64,000 nucleotides of DNA, taken from assembly GCA_963737635.1 (NCBI GenBank), contig CAVTTL010000001.1, forward strand, positions 1,888,001-1,952,000, given 5' to 3'. How positions within the stretch are numbered: the stretch's first letter is position 1; each line of letters begins with the position of its first letter. The notes below the pieces were generated by a model. The model was not told the origin of the DNA. It worked only from the letters and a program-made list of their open reading frames with translations, and searched no databases. Position numbers and translations under genes: made by a program. This DNA comes from an uncultured Methanoregulaceae archaeon (GTDB lineage: Archaea > Halobacteriota > Methanomicrobia > Methanomicrobiales > Methanospirillaceae). Positions 53,102-63,218 of the stretch are shown here, piece by piece.

Positions 53102-54451
53102 TTGCCTCTCCCCATCGGCCAGCGCCTCCATGCGAGGCAGCTCCAGACAACCCTGCAGGTGATAAAAAAAATCGGCGAAGGGACACAGGGAGAGGTTTAC
53201 CTCGTGGACGGTCCCCAGGGGTACCAGACGGTAAAATGGTATAAGCCCGAACAGGCGACGCCTGACCAGCAGGATGCAATCTCCTATCTTGTCAGGACCG
53301 GGCCGCCTTACGGTGCAGCAGGGCAACGGTTCATCTGGCCGCTCGATCTGGTCACTGCTGAGGGATCAAAACAGTTCGGGTACCTGATGGCCATGATCGA
53401 TACGCAACGATTCGCCGAGCTGGGTGAGGTCTGGGCTCATTTAAAACCGGTTCCGGGAATTGCCGCACTGTGCGAGATCTCGTACCAGCTTGCAAACAGC
53501 TACCGGGCGCTTCATCTCTCCGGCCACTGCTACCGGGATATCTCGGCTGGCAACCTGATGTTTGATCCGAAAACCGGTGACGTTCTCATCTGTGACAACG
53601 ACAATGTCGGTGTCAACCGCCAGTCCCCTTCCCAAGTCTGGGGAACTCTCGAATACATGGCTCCGGAACTGATCCGGGAAGAGAGCGATCCGTCGACTGA
53701 GACCGATCTCCATGCGCTTGCCGTCCTTCTCTTCTATCTCTGGGTCTGGCACCACCCCCTTCACGGCGAGATGGAATACCGGTACCACTGCTGGGACATC
53801 CCGGCCAAGAAACAGGTCTACGGGATCGCTCCGGTCTTTGTATTTGATCCCGGTAACCCGGCAAACCAGCTGCCCAACGACCCGGATTATGCGATTGCAC
53901 GCGACCGCTGGGAGATTTGCCCCCCCGAACTCAAAGTGATGTTCATCCGGGCTTTTACCGAGGGTCTTGGAAATCCGGGCCGAAGAATCACCGAGGGTGA
54001 GTGGCAGAACCTCTTTGTCTCCCTTAAGGACCGCCTGGTGCCCTGCCCGCGGTGTCGGGCGGAAAATGTGATTGCAGAGGGCCAGTCGAATCTTACCTGC
54101 TGGCACTGCCACAGCACTATTCCTCCGACACCTTTTCTGGCAGTCCGCCGCCCGGGGGGGAATTCCCGCCTTGCGCTTTCGCTGGGCGCGACGATCCGGT
54201 CTCTTCATATCACTCCGGGGGCAGGCCAGGATAACGGGACCCAGGAGATCGGCAGGGTCGTGCCCCACCCATCCATCCCGGGCGCTGCCGGGATACGGAA
54301 TCTTTCCGGCAGTACCTGGAAGGTGACGTTTCCCGATGGCACAACAGCCGATGTATCTCCGGGACGGGCCGTACCTCTCAATCCGAAAACTTCCATAACC
54401 ATTGACGGCATATCCTGTACCATCATGCCGCCATCCGGGGAACTGCCATGA
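53102..54451 (+). CDS. Ser/Thr protein kinase (YegI-like) with C-terminal Zn-finger and beta-rich tail (start uncertain)
   Basis: IGEGTQGEVY, VKWY, FIWPLD, YRDISAGN, ICDNDN, GTLEYMAPE, CPRC...CWHC. Confidence 0.88.
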   Translation: MPLPIGQRLHARQLQTTLQVIKKIGEGTQGEVYLVDGPQGYQTVKWYKPEQATPDQQDAISYLVRTGPPYGAAGQRFIWPLDLVTAEGSKQFGYLMAMIDTQRFAELGEVWAHLKPVPGIAALCEISYQLANSYRALHLSGHCYRDISAGNLMFDPKTGDVLICDNDNVGVNRQSPSQVWGTLEYMAPELIREESDPSTETDLHALAVLLFYLWVWHHPLHGEMEYRYHCWDIPAKKQVYGIAPVFVFDPGNPANQLPNDPDYAIARDRWEICPPELKVMFIRAFTEGLGNPGRRITEGEWQNLFVSLKDRLVPCPRCRAENVIAEGQSNLTCWHCHSTIPPTPFLAVRRPGGNSRLALSLGATIRSLHITPGAGQDNGTQEIGRVVPHPSIPGAAGIRNLSGSTWKVTFPDGTTADVSPGRAVPLNPKTSITIDGISCTIMPPSGELP

Positions 54452-55284
54452 ACGATACCGCAAGGACTGTCCTCACACATCTCGTGGCCAGGCATGGGGT
54501 CTCTCTGACTCACGACCCGAACCGGTGTGAGGGGCTGCTCCGCGATACCTGCCCGGAGTGCAACCGCGAGATCTTCGTCCTCACCCATGCGGTGCGCCAG
54601 CACGTGACCGACGATCTCCTCTCACCCCGCCACACACTTCCCCTTGCACTGACCGAGGCTTTTCTGGTCAAGCGGCTGGAAGATGAGCTGGGTTTTTCCG
54701 GCGAAGCGGCACGGTGGGCGGTAACCAGCTGGGCAGAAGCCCTTGGCCGTGCTGACCCAGCCCCGACGCAGGCCAGAACAGAAGAACGGGCTCCCCCGAT
54801 ATCGATGCCACAGATGACAGAATCCGGCGATTCGCGCACAATGGGCAGAGAACCTCATCCGTGCGACGCGTTCTGTCCGGCTTGGTATCATTGCAAACCT
54901 TGTAGGTACCCGGATCCCGGGAATATCCGGTTGCTCATCAGCGCTCTCGAAAACGATGACTGGGCAGTACGGAGTGCGGCATTCGACGCCCTTGCCAATC
55001 CAAAGACCGGAGGTTTACCTCTTCTTATTGATGCATTGCGCGAAGCAAAAGACAATCTCGCATGGCGCATCACCCTGATCCTCGGAACCCTGCATGCCCC
55101 GGACGCTGCTGCGGTCTTGCTTCCCCTGCTTGACCGGGCACCGGTTGTCCGCGATGCTGCTATCTGGTCGCTGGGTGAGATCGGGGATAAACGGGCAGTA
55201 ACACCGCTGATGAAATTGCTTAACCAAGCCGACAACCATGTCGCACGGGAAGCAGAAGAAGCGCTCAAAAAGATCGGGAACTAA
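54448..55284 (+). CDS. HEAT-repeat protein with helical N-terminal domain
   Basis: VRSAAFDAL, VRDAAIWSLGEIGDKRAVTPL, AEEALKKIG; ATGA-coupled to the kinase. Confidence 0.8.
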   Translation: MNDTARTVLTHLVARHGVSLTHDPNRCEGLLRDTCPECNREIFVLTHAVRQHVTDDLLSPRHTLPLALTEAFLVKRLEDELGFSGEAARWAVTSWAEALGRADPAPTQARTEERAPPISMPQMTESGDSRTMGREPHPCDAFCPAWYHCKPCRYPDPGNIRLLISALENDDWAVRSAAFDALANPKTGGLPLLIDALREAKDNLAWRITLILGTLHAPDAAAVLLPLLDRAPVVRDAAIWSLGEIGDKRAVTPLMKLLNQADNHVAREAEEALKKIGN

Positions 55285-55369
55285 TAGTTCATCTGTTGCA
55301 TGGGTCCCAGATTTTGTCTTTGGAAAACAAATCGTAACGAACAAATAATCGGCTAATAATTATCATCCT

Positions 55370-55852
55370 ATGAAAATCAATGCGTCCATTATGGCCATAT
55401 TCCTGATCTTTTGTGCCATCGCTGTCGCTGGCTGTACCAGTTCGCAGTCCACGGCATCAGGCAGCACGCCAGGTACCAGCGGAACCCCAGCTCCCGGCTC
55501 CACGCTCACGACAAGCCCGACCGATGTGATGCCTGCTGATATTGCGGTCACAATCACGGTGGGTGAAAAGGATTATCTTGGTAATATCCCGGTAACGTTT
55601 GATGGAGGTCCCGGGCAGGGCAACGTACACACGATACAGGTTGTCCTGACACGGGTAGATGGATCGACTGATACAGAAACGCTCGGCTCCGACAAGGGTG
55701 ATGTGGTCAATCTTGCCGGAACGCGGGGAACCGGTAACCTTGCCGGACAATCCGATCGCGTGCAGGTCATGGTGACCATGAATAATGGACAGACGTACAC
55801 AGTGGCAGATGTCCTGAGGGAATACCGGTCCCGAGGAGAGACCGGGCAATAA
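55370..55852 (+). CDS. Lipoprotein
   Basis: Lipobox-like VAGC after a hydrophobic stretch; Ser/Thr linker. Confidence 0.75.
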   Translation: MKINASIMAIFLIFCAIAVAGCTSSQSTASGSTPGTSGTPAPGSTLTTSPTDVMPADIAVTITVGEKDYLGNIPVTFDGGPGQGNVHTIQVVLTRVDGSTDTETLGSDKGDVVNLAGTRGTGNLAGQSDRVQVMVTMNNGQTYTVADVLREYRSRGETGQ

Positions 55853-55877
55853 ACAGTGAAGATTTTTTTTCACGTAC

Positions 55878-56972
55878 GTGCGTACCCATGACATGCTGGT
55901 AAACTGGCGGGAGATCCCTGCTGCACGGAATTCATACGCTGTTATTGAGGCGGCGTGTGAGACCACCGGGTGGCATCTGCACCAGGTGGTACAGCCACAC
56001 GCCGACATTACCTGTTACTCGCTGAATTCGATCAACGAATGCCAGTATCGCTATGAAATCGCCGCGGCCGACTGCATCACGATTGCCGGCGGACCACATG
56101 CTACAGCTTGCTGGCGGGAAATGGTCGCATATGCGGATTATGTTATTGTTGGGGAGGGCGAATACACTCTTCCGCTTCTTCTTGCCGATCTCGAGTCCGG
56201 AGGTTGTGGTCACCTTCCCGGTGTCGCGACCGGCTCCTGGTACGAACCAGCAGTAACCACGGTCCGGCTTGATGCCTATCCTGCATTCTCCGATGTAAAG
56301 GGATACGTCGAGATCTCCCGCGGCTGCCCCTTCGCCTGCGGGTACTGCCAGACCCCGCAGATATTCGGGCACTGTATGCGGCACCGGTCGATCGATGAGA
56401 TCGCGAAGTATGCAAACCGGTACGGGCAGGCCAGATTTGTCAGTCCCAACGCGTTTGCCTATGGATCGGACGGGGTCCATCCCCGGTTCGATAAGATCGA
56501 ACATCTCCTGAAGAAAATAACCAGGGAGATTTTTTTCGGGACGTTCCCCTGTGAGGTCAGGCCCGAGTTCATCTGTGAAGAGTCACTTGATCTGGTTCTC
56601 GATTACTGTACCAATACAAAACTGCATTTTGGTGCCCAGTCGGGGAGCGATGCCGTACTTGCCCAGTTGCACCGGGGACACACAATCGCCGATGCGATCC
56701 ACGCGGCGGAACTGTGTTCTGATGCCGGGATTACACCAATAATCGATTTCATTGTCGGGTTCCCGTTTGAGACTGATGATGAACAGCAAAAAACGGTCTC
56801 CGCTATCCGGGAACTGGCACGGATTGGGAAAATTCATGTCCACCAGTTCATTCCTCTCCCCGGCACGGAGCTCGTCGGGACCTGCGCGCGATCACTCCTC
56901 TCCGAGACCAAAAAAACCTGCGGAGAACTCGCTCTCGGCGGAAAACTGACGGGCTCATGGATCCGGTCCTGA
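55878..56972 (+). CDS. B12-binding-like radical SAM protein (TIGR04013-like)
   Basis: AGGPHAT, GEGE, EISRGCPFACGYCQ, EVRPE, GAQSGS. Confidence 0.85.
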   Translation: MRTHDMLVNWREIPAARNSYAVIEAACETTGWHLHQVVQPHADITCYSLNSINECQYRYEIAAADCITIAGGPHATACWREMVAYADYVIVGEGEYTLPLLLADLESGGCGHLPGVATGSWYEPAVTTVRLDAYPAFSDVKGYVEISRGCPFACGYCQTPQIFGHCMRHRSIDEIAKYANRYGQARFVSPNAFAYGSDGVHPRFDKIEHLLKKITREIFFGTFPCEVRPEFICEESLDLVLDYCTNTKLHFGAQSGSDAVLAQLHRGHTIADAIHAAELCSDAGITPIIDFIVGFPFETDDEQQKTVSAIRELARIGKIHVHQFIPLPGTELVGTCARSLLSETKKTCGELALGGKLTGSWIRS

Positions 56973-56997
56973 TCGCTGACTGACCGGGGTATATATA

Positions 56998-57540
56998 TCA
57001 CAGGATATAGGGAATCAGGGCTTTTACTTCTCGCTTGAACTGGATATATTCCTCGCCGAACTTCTCGTGCAGGATCTCCTCTTCTGCCTTTATTTTCAAC
57101 CACAGTCCGATACCTATGATACCGACTACGACAAACGCCAGCAGTTCGCCAATGGCAATCGCAGCCCCTACGAATGCTGCAAGCATTCCCGTATACATCG
57201 GATTGCGAATGATCCGGTACGGGCCGGTCCTGATGAGATGGTGGCCGGTTTTGACCATCACCATGCTGCTCCAGAATTTCCCGAGGTCAATTCGTGCCCA
57301 GGCAGCGAACGCGAGGCCGGCAGTGGTTATTATAATGCCCGTCACTTGGGTCAGCATAGTGTCGGGAACGACTCGAAGGATAAGGAAGCCGGGCTCGAAT
57401 CGCCGGATTACAATAATTGCGATAATTGCAAGGATAAAAAGCAAAACAGATCGCTGGATATACCATTTTGAAATCTGCTCGGCCTTTCCGCCGTAGAAAA
57501 AACCGAGTGAAAAGATAAACACAAAAAAAAAACGATCCAT
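56998..57540 (-). CDS. Isoprenylcysteine carboxyl methyltransferase-family membrane protein (5' end uncertain)
   Basis: WAR..LG..WS, HLIRTGPYRIIRNPMYTG, EE..L...FG..Y. Confidence 0.85.
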   Translation of the reverse strand: MDRFFFVFIFSLGFFYGGKAEQISKWYIQRSVLLFILAIIAIIVIRRFEPGFLILRVVPDTMLTQVTGIIITTAGLAFAAWARIDLGKFWSSMVMVKTGHHLIRTGPYRIIRNPMYTGMLAAFVGAAIAIGELLAFVVVGIIGIGLWLKIKAEEEILHEKFGEEYIQFKREVKALIPYIL

Positions 57541-57792
57541 TCACCGGCGATTATGTAAAGCGCAGTATCCATAATGTTTCCCTTTTAATGCATTTCACCG
57601 CGAGACGAATTAAATATGTCTGTAGGCGGAAAAACCCCGTGGCTCCGGGATATGCTCACCCACCTGTCAGTAATAAAGAAGTTGTTGGCCAGACATTTGA
57701 ATTACGAATATTTCATAACAATAGACAGGAAAATATTTCCAATTAATATTGGTTAATGTCCGGCGGGGTAACACCGGGCGGAGTGCGATATC

Positions 57793-59478
57793 GTGTGGAC
57801 GCCTGATTTGAGAACCCTTTTCCTTGTCCTCTTTCTCGTCAACGTCTTTCTCACGCTGATGCTCTTTTCCTTCTGGAAGACCCAGAAGACCTATCGCGGA
57901 TTCAAGACATGGATGCTCAGCCTGCTGGTCATATCCTGCGGGTATTTTCTGTACATGCTCAGCGGATCCGTGCCTGTTCTGCTCTCTACCATTGTAGGAG
58001 ATCTTTTGATCCCGCTCTCGGTCATGATGCGGCTTGACAGTACCAGGAAGTATTTCTTGTCACGGGCGCTCTCCCCGACAATCTACAGCACCCTTATTCC
58101 GTCCGCTCTTCTGCTCCTCTATTTTACGTACCGTATAGAGTCAGAGGTCAGCCGTGGTGTGATTATAGGGCTGCTCATTGTTCCCTGCTTTCTTACAACC
58201 TCTTTCATCGCGGTACGATTCCGGGAACCGGAAACCAGGTCGCTCAGGTACGGCTTTGCCGCGGCTCAGCTCGTTACGGCACTTTTCTGGACCGTGATAA
58301 TCGTTAGAGCGATTATCACCCCCGGGGATCACTCTCTTTCAGGCCCAGACCCCATAAATCCCATCTTTTTTACCGTCACTATCCTCATGGATATCGTCGC
58401 CACGGTTTTCTTCCTGTTACTCAATATGGCCCGGTCCCAGACAGAACTCCGGCAAAGTGAGGAGCGGTACCGTAACCTTGCAGATAACCTCCCTGACTAT
58501 ATTCTCATCCATGATGGGGAGTTCATCCGGTATGCCAACCCGGAAGTGGCCCGCCTCATGGGATTGTCACAGGAAGCCCTTATTGGACAATCGATCGATT
58601 CCAACCTGACTGCTACGAGCGCCGGCGGCGCTTCGCGGGATTTTATCAATGCAATCCATAGCGGAGATGCCGCGGCTCCTCTCCACGAGCTTGATGTCCG
58701 GCTCAGGGACGACACCGTCAGGCACTGTATAGTCAAGACGGTGGCGATCAATGACCGGGGTGAACCGGCATTCCTTTCTGTGATCACCGATATCACCGAG
58801 CGGAAGGCAGCAGGGGACGCACTCTCCCGGGCAAATAAAAAGCTCACCATTCTCTCGTCAATAACCCGACATGACATCAAGAACCAGCTCCTTGCCCTCA
58901 CAGAATATCTCGAACTATCAAAAGAAACCCTGGACCGTGTCTCGGTCACCTCGGCATACCTTGAAAAAGAGATGAGTATTGCTAAAACAATCGAAAGCCA
59001 GATCGACTTCACGAAGGCCTACGAAGATATGGGAGAAACGGCACCTGTCTGGCAGAAGATCGGTGAGAGCGTCCAGCGGGCGACTGCCGCTCTTCCCATG
59101 AGGGACGTACGGGTGGAGGTTGACCGGACGGACCTGTCGGTTTATGCTGACCCATTGTTCGAGAAGGTCTTCTATAACCTGATCGACAATGCCCTGAAAT
59201 ATGGCGGTGAGGCAATGACGACTATCCGCATTGCATCATATGAAACCGGCGCGGGGCTCGTGATCGCCTGCGAGGATGACGGGGCCGGGATCACTGGCGA
59301 GGATAAAATACACCTATTCGAGCAGGGCTACGGGAAACATACCGGTCTTGGCCTTTTCCTCTCCCGCGAGATCCTCTCGATTACCGGTATAACTATCACA
59401 GAGACAGGTGAGCCGGGGAAAGGGGCACGTTTCGAGATAGTTGTGCCAAAAGGGACGTACCGGCTCTCCGGTGTATAG
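57793..59478 (+). CDS. Membrane-bound PAS sensor histidine kinase
   Basis: About 7 TM helices, PAS, H-box ITRHDIKN, NLIDNA, DDGAG, GLGL. Confidence 0.92.
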   Translation: MWTPDLRTLFLVLFLVNVFLTLMLFSFWKTQKTYRGFKTWMLSLLVISCGYFLYMLSGSVPVLLSTIVGDLLIPLSVMMRLDSTRKYFLSRALSPTIYSTLIPSALLLLYFTYRIESEVSRGVIIGLLIVPCFLTTSFIAVRFREPETRSLRYGFAAAQLVTALFWTVIIVRAIITPGDHSLSGPDPINPIFFTVTILMDIVATVFFLLLNMARSQTELRQSEERYRNLADNLPDYILIHDGEFIRYANPEVARLMGLSQEALIGQSIDSNLTATSAGGASRDFINAIHSGDAAAPLHELDVRLRDDTVRHCIVKTVAINDRGEPAFLSVITDITERKAAGDALSRANKKLTILSSITRHDIKNQLLALTEYLELSKETLDRVSVTSAYLEKEMSIAKTIESQIDFTKAYEDMGETAPVWQKIGESVQRATAALPMRDVRVEVDRTDLSVYADPLFEKVFYNLIDNALKYGGEAMTTIRIASYETGAGLVIACEDDGAGITGEDKIHLFEQGYGKHTGLGLFLSREILSITGITITETGEPGKGARFEIVVPKGTYRLSGV

Positions 59479-59723
59479 GGGATGATAAGCGACTCCTGGG
59501 CGAATTCTATTGGCATCCATATCGTAATATGATATCCACGCTTTTGCATGGCGTGCGCGGTGATATTCCCCGTTTACGCCCATAAAATCCCTAAAAATGG
59601 TATCTTACGACGATACTATGAGTATCCAGCATGGATAGGAAAGAACACGCCAAAATTCACGTCTGTTCTCTTCCTGTTAACCGGGCGGTAAGGTTTTTTA
59701 GACGGCATTTGAAATGATATATC

Positions 59724-60365
59724 ATGAAAGATGTGCTTTTGATAGCAGATCTCCATGGTCAATTCGGTAAAATTGATTCATTTCTGGAACTGAATCCGGA
59801 AGCTGTATTTATCGCCGGCGATATCACCAATATGGGTCCGGTGGACGCAGTTGACGATGTGCTCTCGCGCATCGATGTACCCTGTTTTGCGATACCGGGC
59901 AACTGTGACCCCAAAGAGATCCTCGATACGCTTGAACATTCAGATGCAGTCTGTCTCCACGGAGCCCAGATCAATTTAGGATCCATGTCGATTGTTGGTG
60001 TTGGCGGTTCCAACCCCACACCGTTTAATACCCCCTTTGAGCTGACCGATAAACAGATCGATGACGTGCTTCACCAGGGAATGGCAAAAATGGAGAGGAC
60101 TGTCCACAACATCCTTGTCTGCCATGCCCCTCCGTACGAGACGCTCGATCTTGTCAACGGCGAGCGCGTGGGCAGCCAGAGCATCCGACGTCATATAAAT
60201 GACTTCGATCTGGTCTGTTGCGCTCATATTCATGAACAGCGGGGCGTTACGGATGTCAATGGGGTAAAAATCATAAACCCCGGTCCCGCAATGGACGGCT
60301 ACTGTGCCATGCTCCATTTCGGGAACGAAGCAAAAGACATCAAGGTCGAACTGCTCACTGTTTAG
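59724..60365 (+). CDS. Calcineurin-like metallophosphoesterase
   Basis: DLH, GDIT, PGNCD, HAPP, HIHE. Confidence 0.9.
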   Translation: MKDVLLIADLHGQFGKIDSFLELNPEAVFIAGDITNMGPVDAVDDVLSRIDVPCFAIPGNCDPKEILDTLEHSDAVCLHGAQINLGSMSIVGVGGSNPTPFNTPFELTDKQIDDVLHQGMAKMERTVHNILVCHAPPYETLDLVNGERVGSQSIRRHINDFDLVCCAHIHEQRGVTDVNGVKIINPGPAMDGYCAMLHFGNEAKDIKVELLTV

Positions 60366-60882
60366 CCAGGAGTAATTCGAGATATGAGGCGAGTATCGGC
60401 TCGCCGGTAATTCCCATCTCTTTTGCAAATTTGATAATTTTCCCGGTTGCATCGGTACTCGTGTTTTCTGCCATGATCTCTATTTCGACAAAGGTGCCGA
60501 GGCCTTCCACGAGATCCAGTGCAAACGAGGCGTCTTCAAGCCGGTAATTCTCCCGCCATTTGTTGACCTCGGTTACCTTTTTGAACCCGAGCCGATCGAG
60601 GATCTGTTCGAAAACTTCCCCGGATTCTACCGTCGTATTGAGCTCTTCACGTGCCTTTAGCCCAAGCTCGCGAAGCTTCTTTCCTTTATAGGTGATGAGT
60701 GCAGGGCCGTTGGTGTACCGTACTCGAAGGGCCTCATCTGTGGACCCGAAATCGCGGTGGGGAGCGTTGTAATAAATATCATGTTCGTGTTGTTTTCCAA
60801 GAAACTCCGCATGTCGGGCAAGAAGGTTCTGCCGGATAGGTTCGAGGGAATCTACCCGTACTTTAAGTTCTATTTCGAGCAT
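60355..60882 (-). CDS. cyaB: CYTH / class IV adenylate cyclase
   Basis: EIELK, DIYY, ALRVR, TYKG, REE, K.RE, GLGTFVEIE, SYLEL. Confidence 0.9.
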   Translation of the reverse strand: MLEIELKVRVDSLEPIRQNLLARHAEFLGKQHEHDIYYNAPHRDFGSTDEALRVRYTNGPALITYKGKKLRELGLKAREELNTTVESGEVFEQILDRLGFKKVTEVNKWRENYRLEDASFALDLVEGLGTFVEIEIMAENTSTDATGKIIKFAKEMGITGEPILASYLELLLAKQ

Positions 60883-60938
60883 TATCGTGCCACACTTTTA
60901 TCTGTCATTGTTGCGATTTAATATAGTCAGGTGAAGTT

Positions 60939-61616
60939 ATGGGAATAAAGGAAGGAGATTTTGTTAAACTCAGTTATACAGGAACCGCAAACGGTATCGT
61001 TTTCGATACCACTGATGAAGACGAAGCAAAGAAGGCCGATATCCACAGCACAGCAGCGATCTACGGCCCTGTTACCATCTGCGTCGGCCAGAAGCATGTT
61101 ATTACCGGCCTCGATGAAGAACTGGTCGGTAAGGATGCCGGCACCGAAGCCGATGTCATCGTTCCGCCGGAGAAGGCCTTTGGCGAACGCGACCCCAAAA
61201 AAGTCCAGTCCTACCAGAAAAACAAGTTCAAAGACAAGCCGGTCCGCGGGATGCGCATCAATGTTGAGGATCAGGGCGAAGGTGTAGTCGTTGACGTTAT
61301 CGGTGCCCGGGTCATCGTCGATTTCAATGCACCGCTTGCCGGCCAGGAACTGACCTATCATTACAAGATCGAAGAGATCGTGACCGAACCCCTGGAGGAA
61401 CTCAAGGGAATTATCCGGCTCTATGCCGGGAAAGACATGGAAGTTACTCTTGACGATGGAAAGGCAACCATTATCCTCCCTCCCGGGATTAATTACGACC
61501 GGCGCTGGCTCCTGTGGCGTGGCCGTGTCATCCATGAAGGTTTTGAGGCGATCGATGGTATCTCTGAGATCACCCTCGTCGAGACCTATAAAAGACCAGA
61601 AAAGAAGGAAGAATAA
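60939..61616 (+). CDS. Archaeal long-type FKBP peptidyl-prolyl isomerase
   Basis: GDFVKLSYTG, FDTT, PPEKAFGER, VDFNAPLAG. Confidence 0.92.
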   Translation: MGIKEGDFVKLSYTGTANGIVFDTTDEDEAKKADIHSTAAIYGPVTICVGQKHVITGLDEELVGKDAGTEADVIVPPEKAFGERDPKKVQSYQKNKFKDKPVRGMRINVEDQGEGVVVDVIGARVIVDFNAPLAGQELTYHYKIEEIVTEPLEELKGIIRLYAGKDMEVTLDDGKATIILPPGINYDRRWLLWRGRVIHEGFEAIDGISEITLVETYKRPEKKEE

Positions 61617-61838
61617 TCCTCTTCTGGAAAATTATTTTTTGCCTCCGGAAAAGCCGGCAGGAAATCTTTTTTATTGTTTTTGAGACTCTTTCCCCTTTTA
61701 ACCCGCATGTATGTGGCCATAAACAGGGAGTGATAATGCCAAAATGTAGTACTCTGTGGCGCAACCTGTATACGGAGGAACAGGAGCACCAGATTGGTTC
61801 ACATCAGGATTAAATAATGCAAAAGGCAAAAATATAAT

Positions 61839-63126
61839 TTGACGGCGGGTGTTTTCAATAGCTTCGATAAAATCTTCCAGAAAAGGAAAACGCCAGAAAA
61901 AACCGGAGCATTCGCCACGTACCGGAATGTTTGGAAAACGATATTTGTACTATTGTGCCTCTCCTTACTTGCGCTGACAGCATACCAGTTTTATGTGATA
62001 TCTCAGGACCCCTCGAGCCGGCTGGGATTACCGGGTTTTTGAGGGGGCCATCCAGGCGCTCAATCACGCGCAGAATCCCTACGTTCTTGCCAATATCAAC
62101 CAGTATGTAGAACAGTATACCGGGGGGAACCTTCCTTTTACTTATCCGCCACACACCTTGTATTTCTTCTGGATTCTTGATCACTTCTTCGTGTTCGAAA
62201 ATATCGTGATATACTATTCACTGTTAGTGATACTCCTGATTATCAGCGGATATCTAATTGTGACTTTGGATCAAGAGCCGCACTATCTCTTCCTGATTAC
62301 CCTGCTCGTAACCGGCTTTATGGCCACTGCCTGGAATTTTGGTACCGGGAATAAAGATTTTTTCTTCCTGTTTTTATTTGCCCTCACATTCGTGCTGCTG
62401 ATAAAAGAAAAATACTGGGAGTCTGCCATCGTGATGGGTCTTACGGCAGCCGTTTCGCTTATTACAGCCCCGTTTGCAGCTCTCTATCTGGTTGTCAAAC
62501 GCCCCATTACTCTTCGTCTGGCATATATATTCCTGTCCGGTGGTGTAGTTGCGGCCCTTTTTGTAGTGAGTTATGTTGTCAATCCGACCTATCTTGTCTC
62601 CTATATCGGCACCCTGCAGGGGAATAGCACGAGCCCCCTGTATGATGTGGGCGGATTAAACACACCTACACCATACCTGATGTTTAACGATCTCTTAAAC
62701 GGTGTAAATATCAATGGTATTCTCCCGGTTGCCGTTGTTGCATGCGTGTATGTCGGTCTTATCCTGTTTGCGACGAGAAACTACTGGATCAACAATAAAG
62801 AGGATACGTTGAAAAATTATTCAATCGTTTTCCTCGCGATATTCATGATGCTGCCACGAATAAAGCCCTATGACTTTATCATGGTCGCCATCCCTGTTTA
62901 CTTTTTATGCAAAGACCTCAGTGACCGGATGAAATGCCTGCTGTTTGCGGTGATTTCTTTGCCGCTCTTTTTCTGGTACCTTAACTTTGTCGTCTACACG
63001 ACGGGATTTCCCTTCCTGGCGGGGGTGTACACCCAGACGTACAGCCTGATCCTTGTCTTTGTTATGATAATCCTGTACGATCGCCAGAAACAGGTATCGT
63101 GTCCCGGAGAGGACACTACCACATAA
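61839..63126 (+). CDS. GT-C-type (GT87/DUF2029-like) membrane glycosyltransferase, frameshifted near 62040
   Basis: NPY...FTYPPHTL in the frame upstream of 62158; many TM helices; GN and PRIKPYD motifs. Confidence 0.6.
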
Positions 63127-63218
63127 ATGAGATGCTCCGGAGAGGACAGATCAGAACTGATGTATGTGTTCGATTGACGATCGGTTGTCTCGAACAATCA
63201 GAAGTTTTCAGCTACGCC

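Noticed and set aside
54790-54910. Cys-rich segment HPCDAFCPAWYHCKPC as a metal-binding motif in the HEAT protein
   Set aside because: An alternative frame (PAIRAQWAENLIRATRSVRLGIIANL) looks helical and HEAT-like, so the segment is probably produced by compensating frameshifts.
843-63126. Numerous frameshifts as programmed frameshifting, phase variation or genome decay
   Set aside because: They are small indels, often in short homopolymers, and also hit conserved housekeeping genes such as arcS. Long-read consensus error is the simplest explanation.
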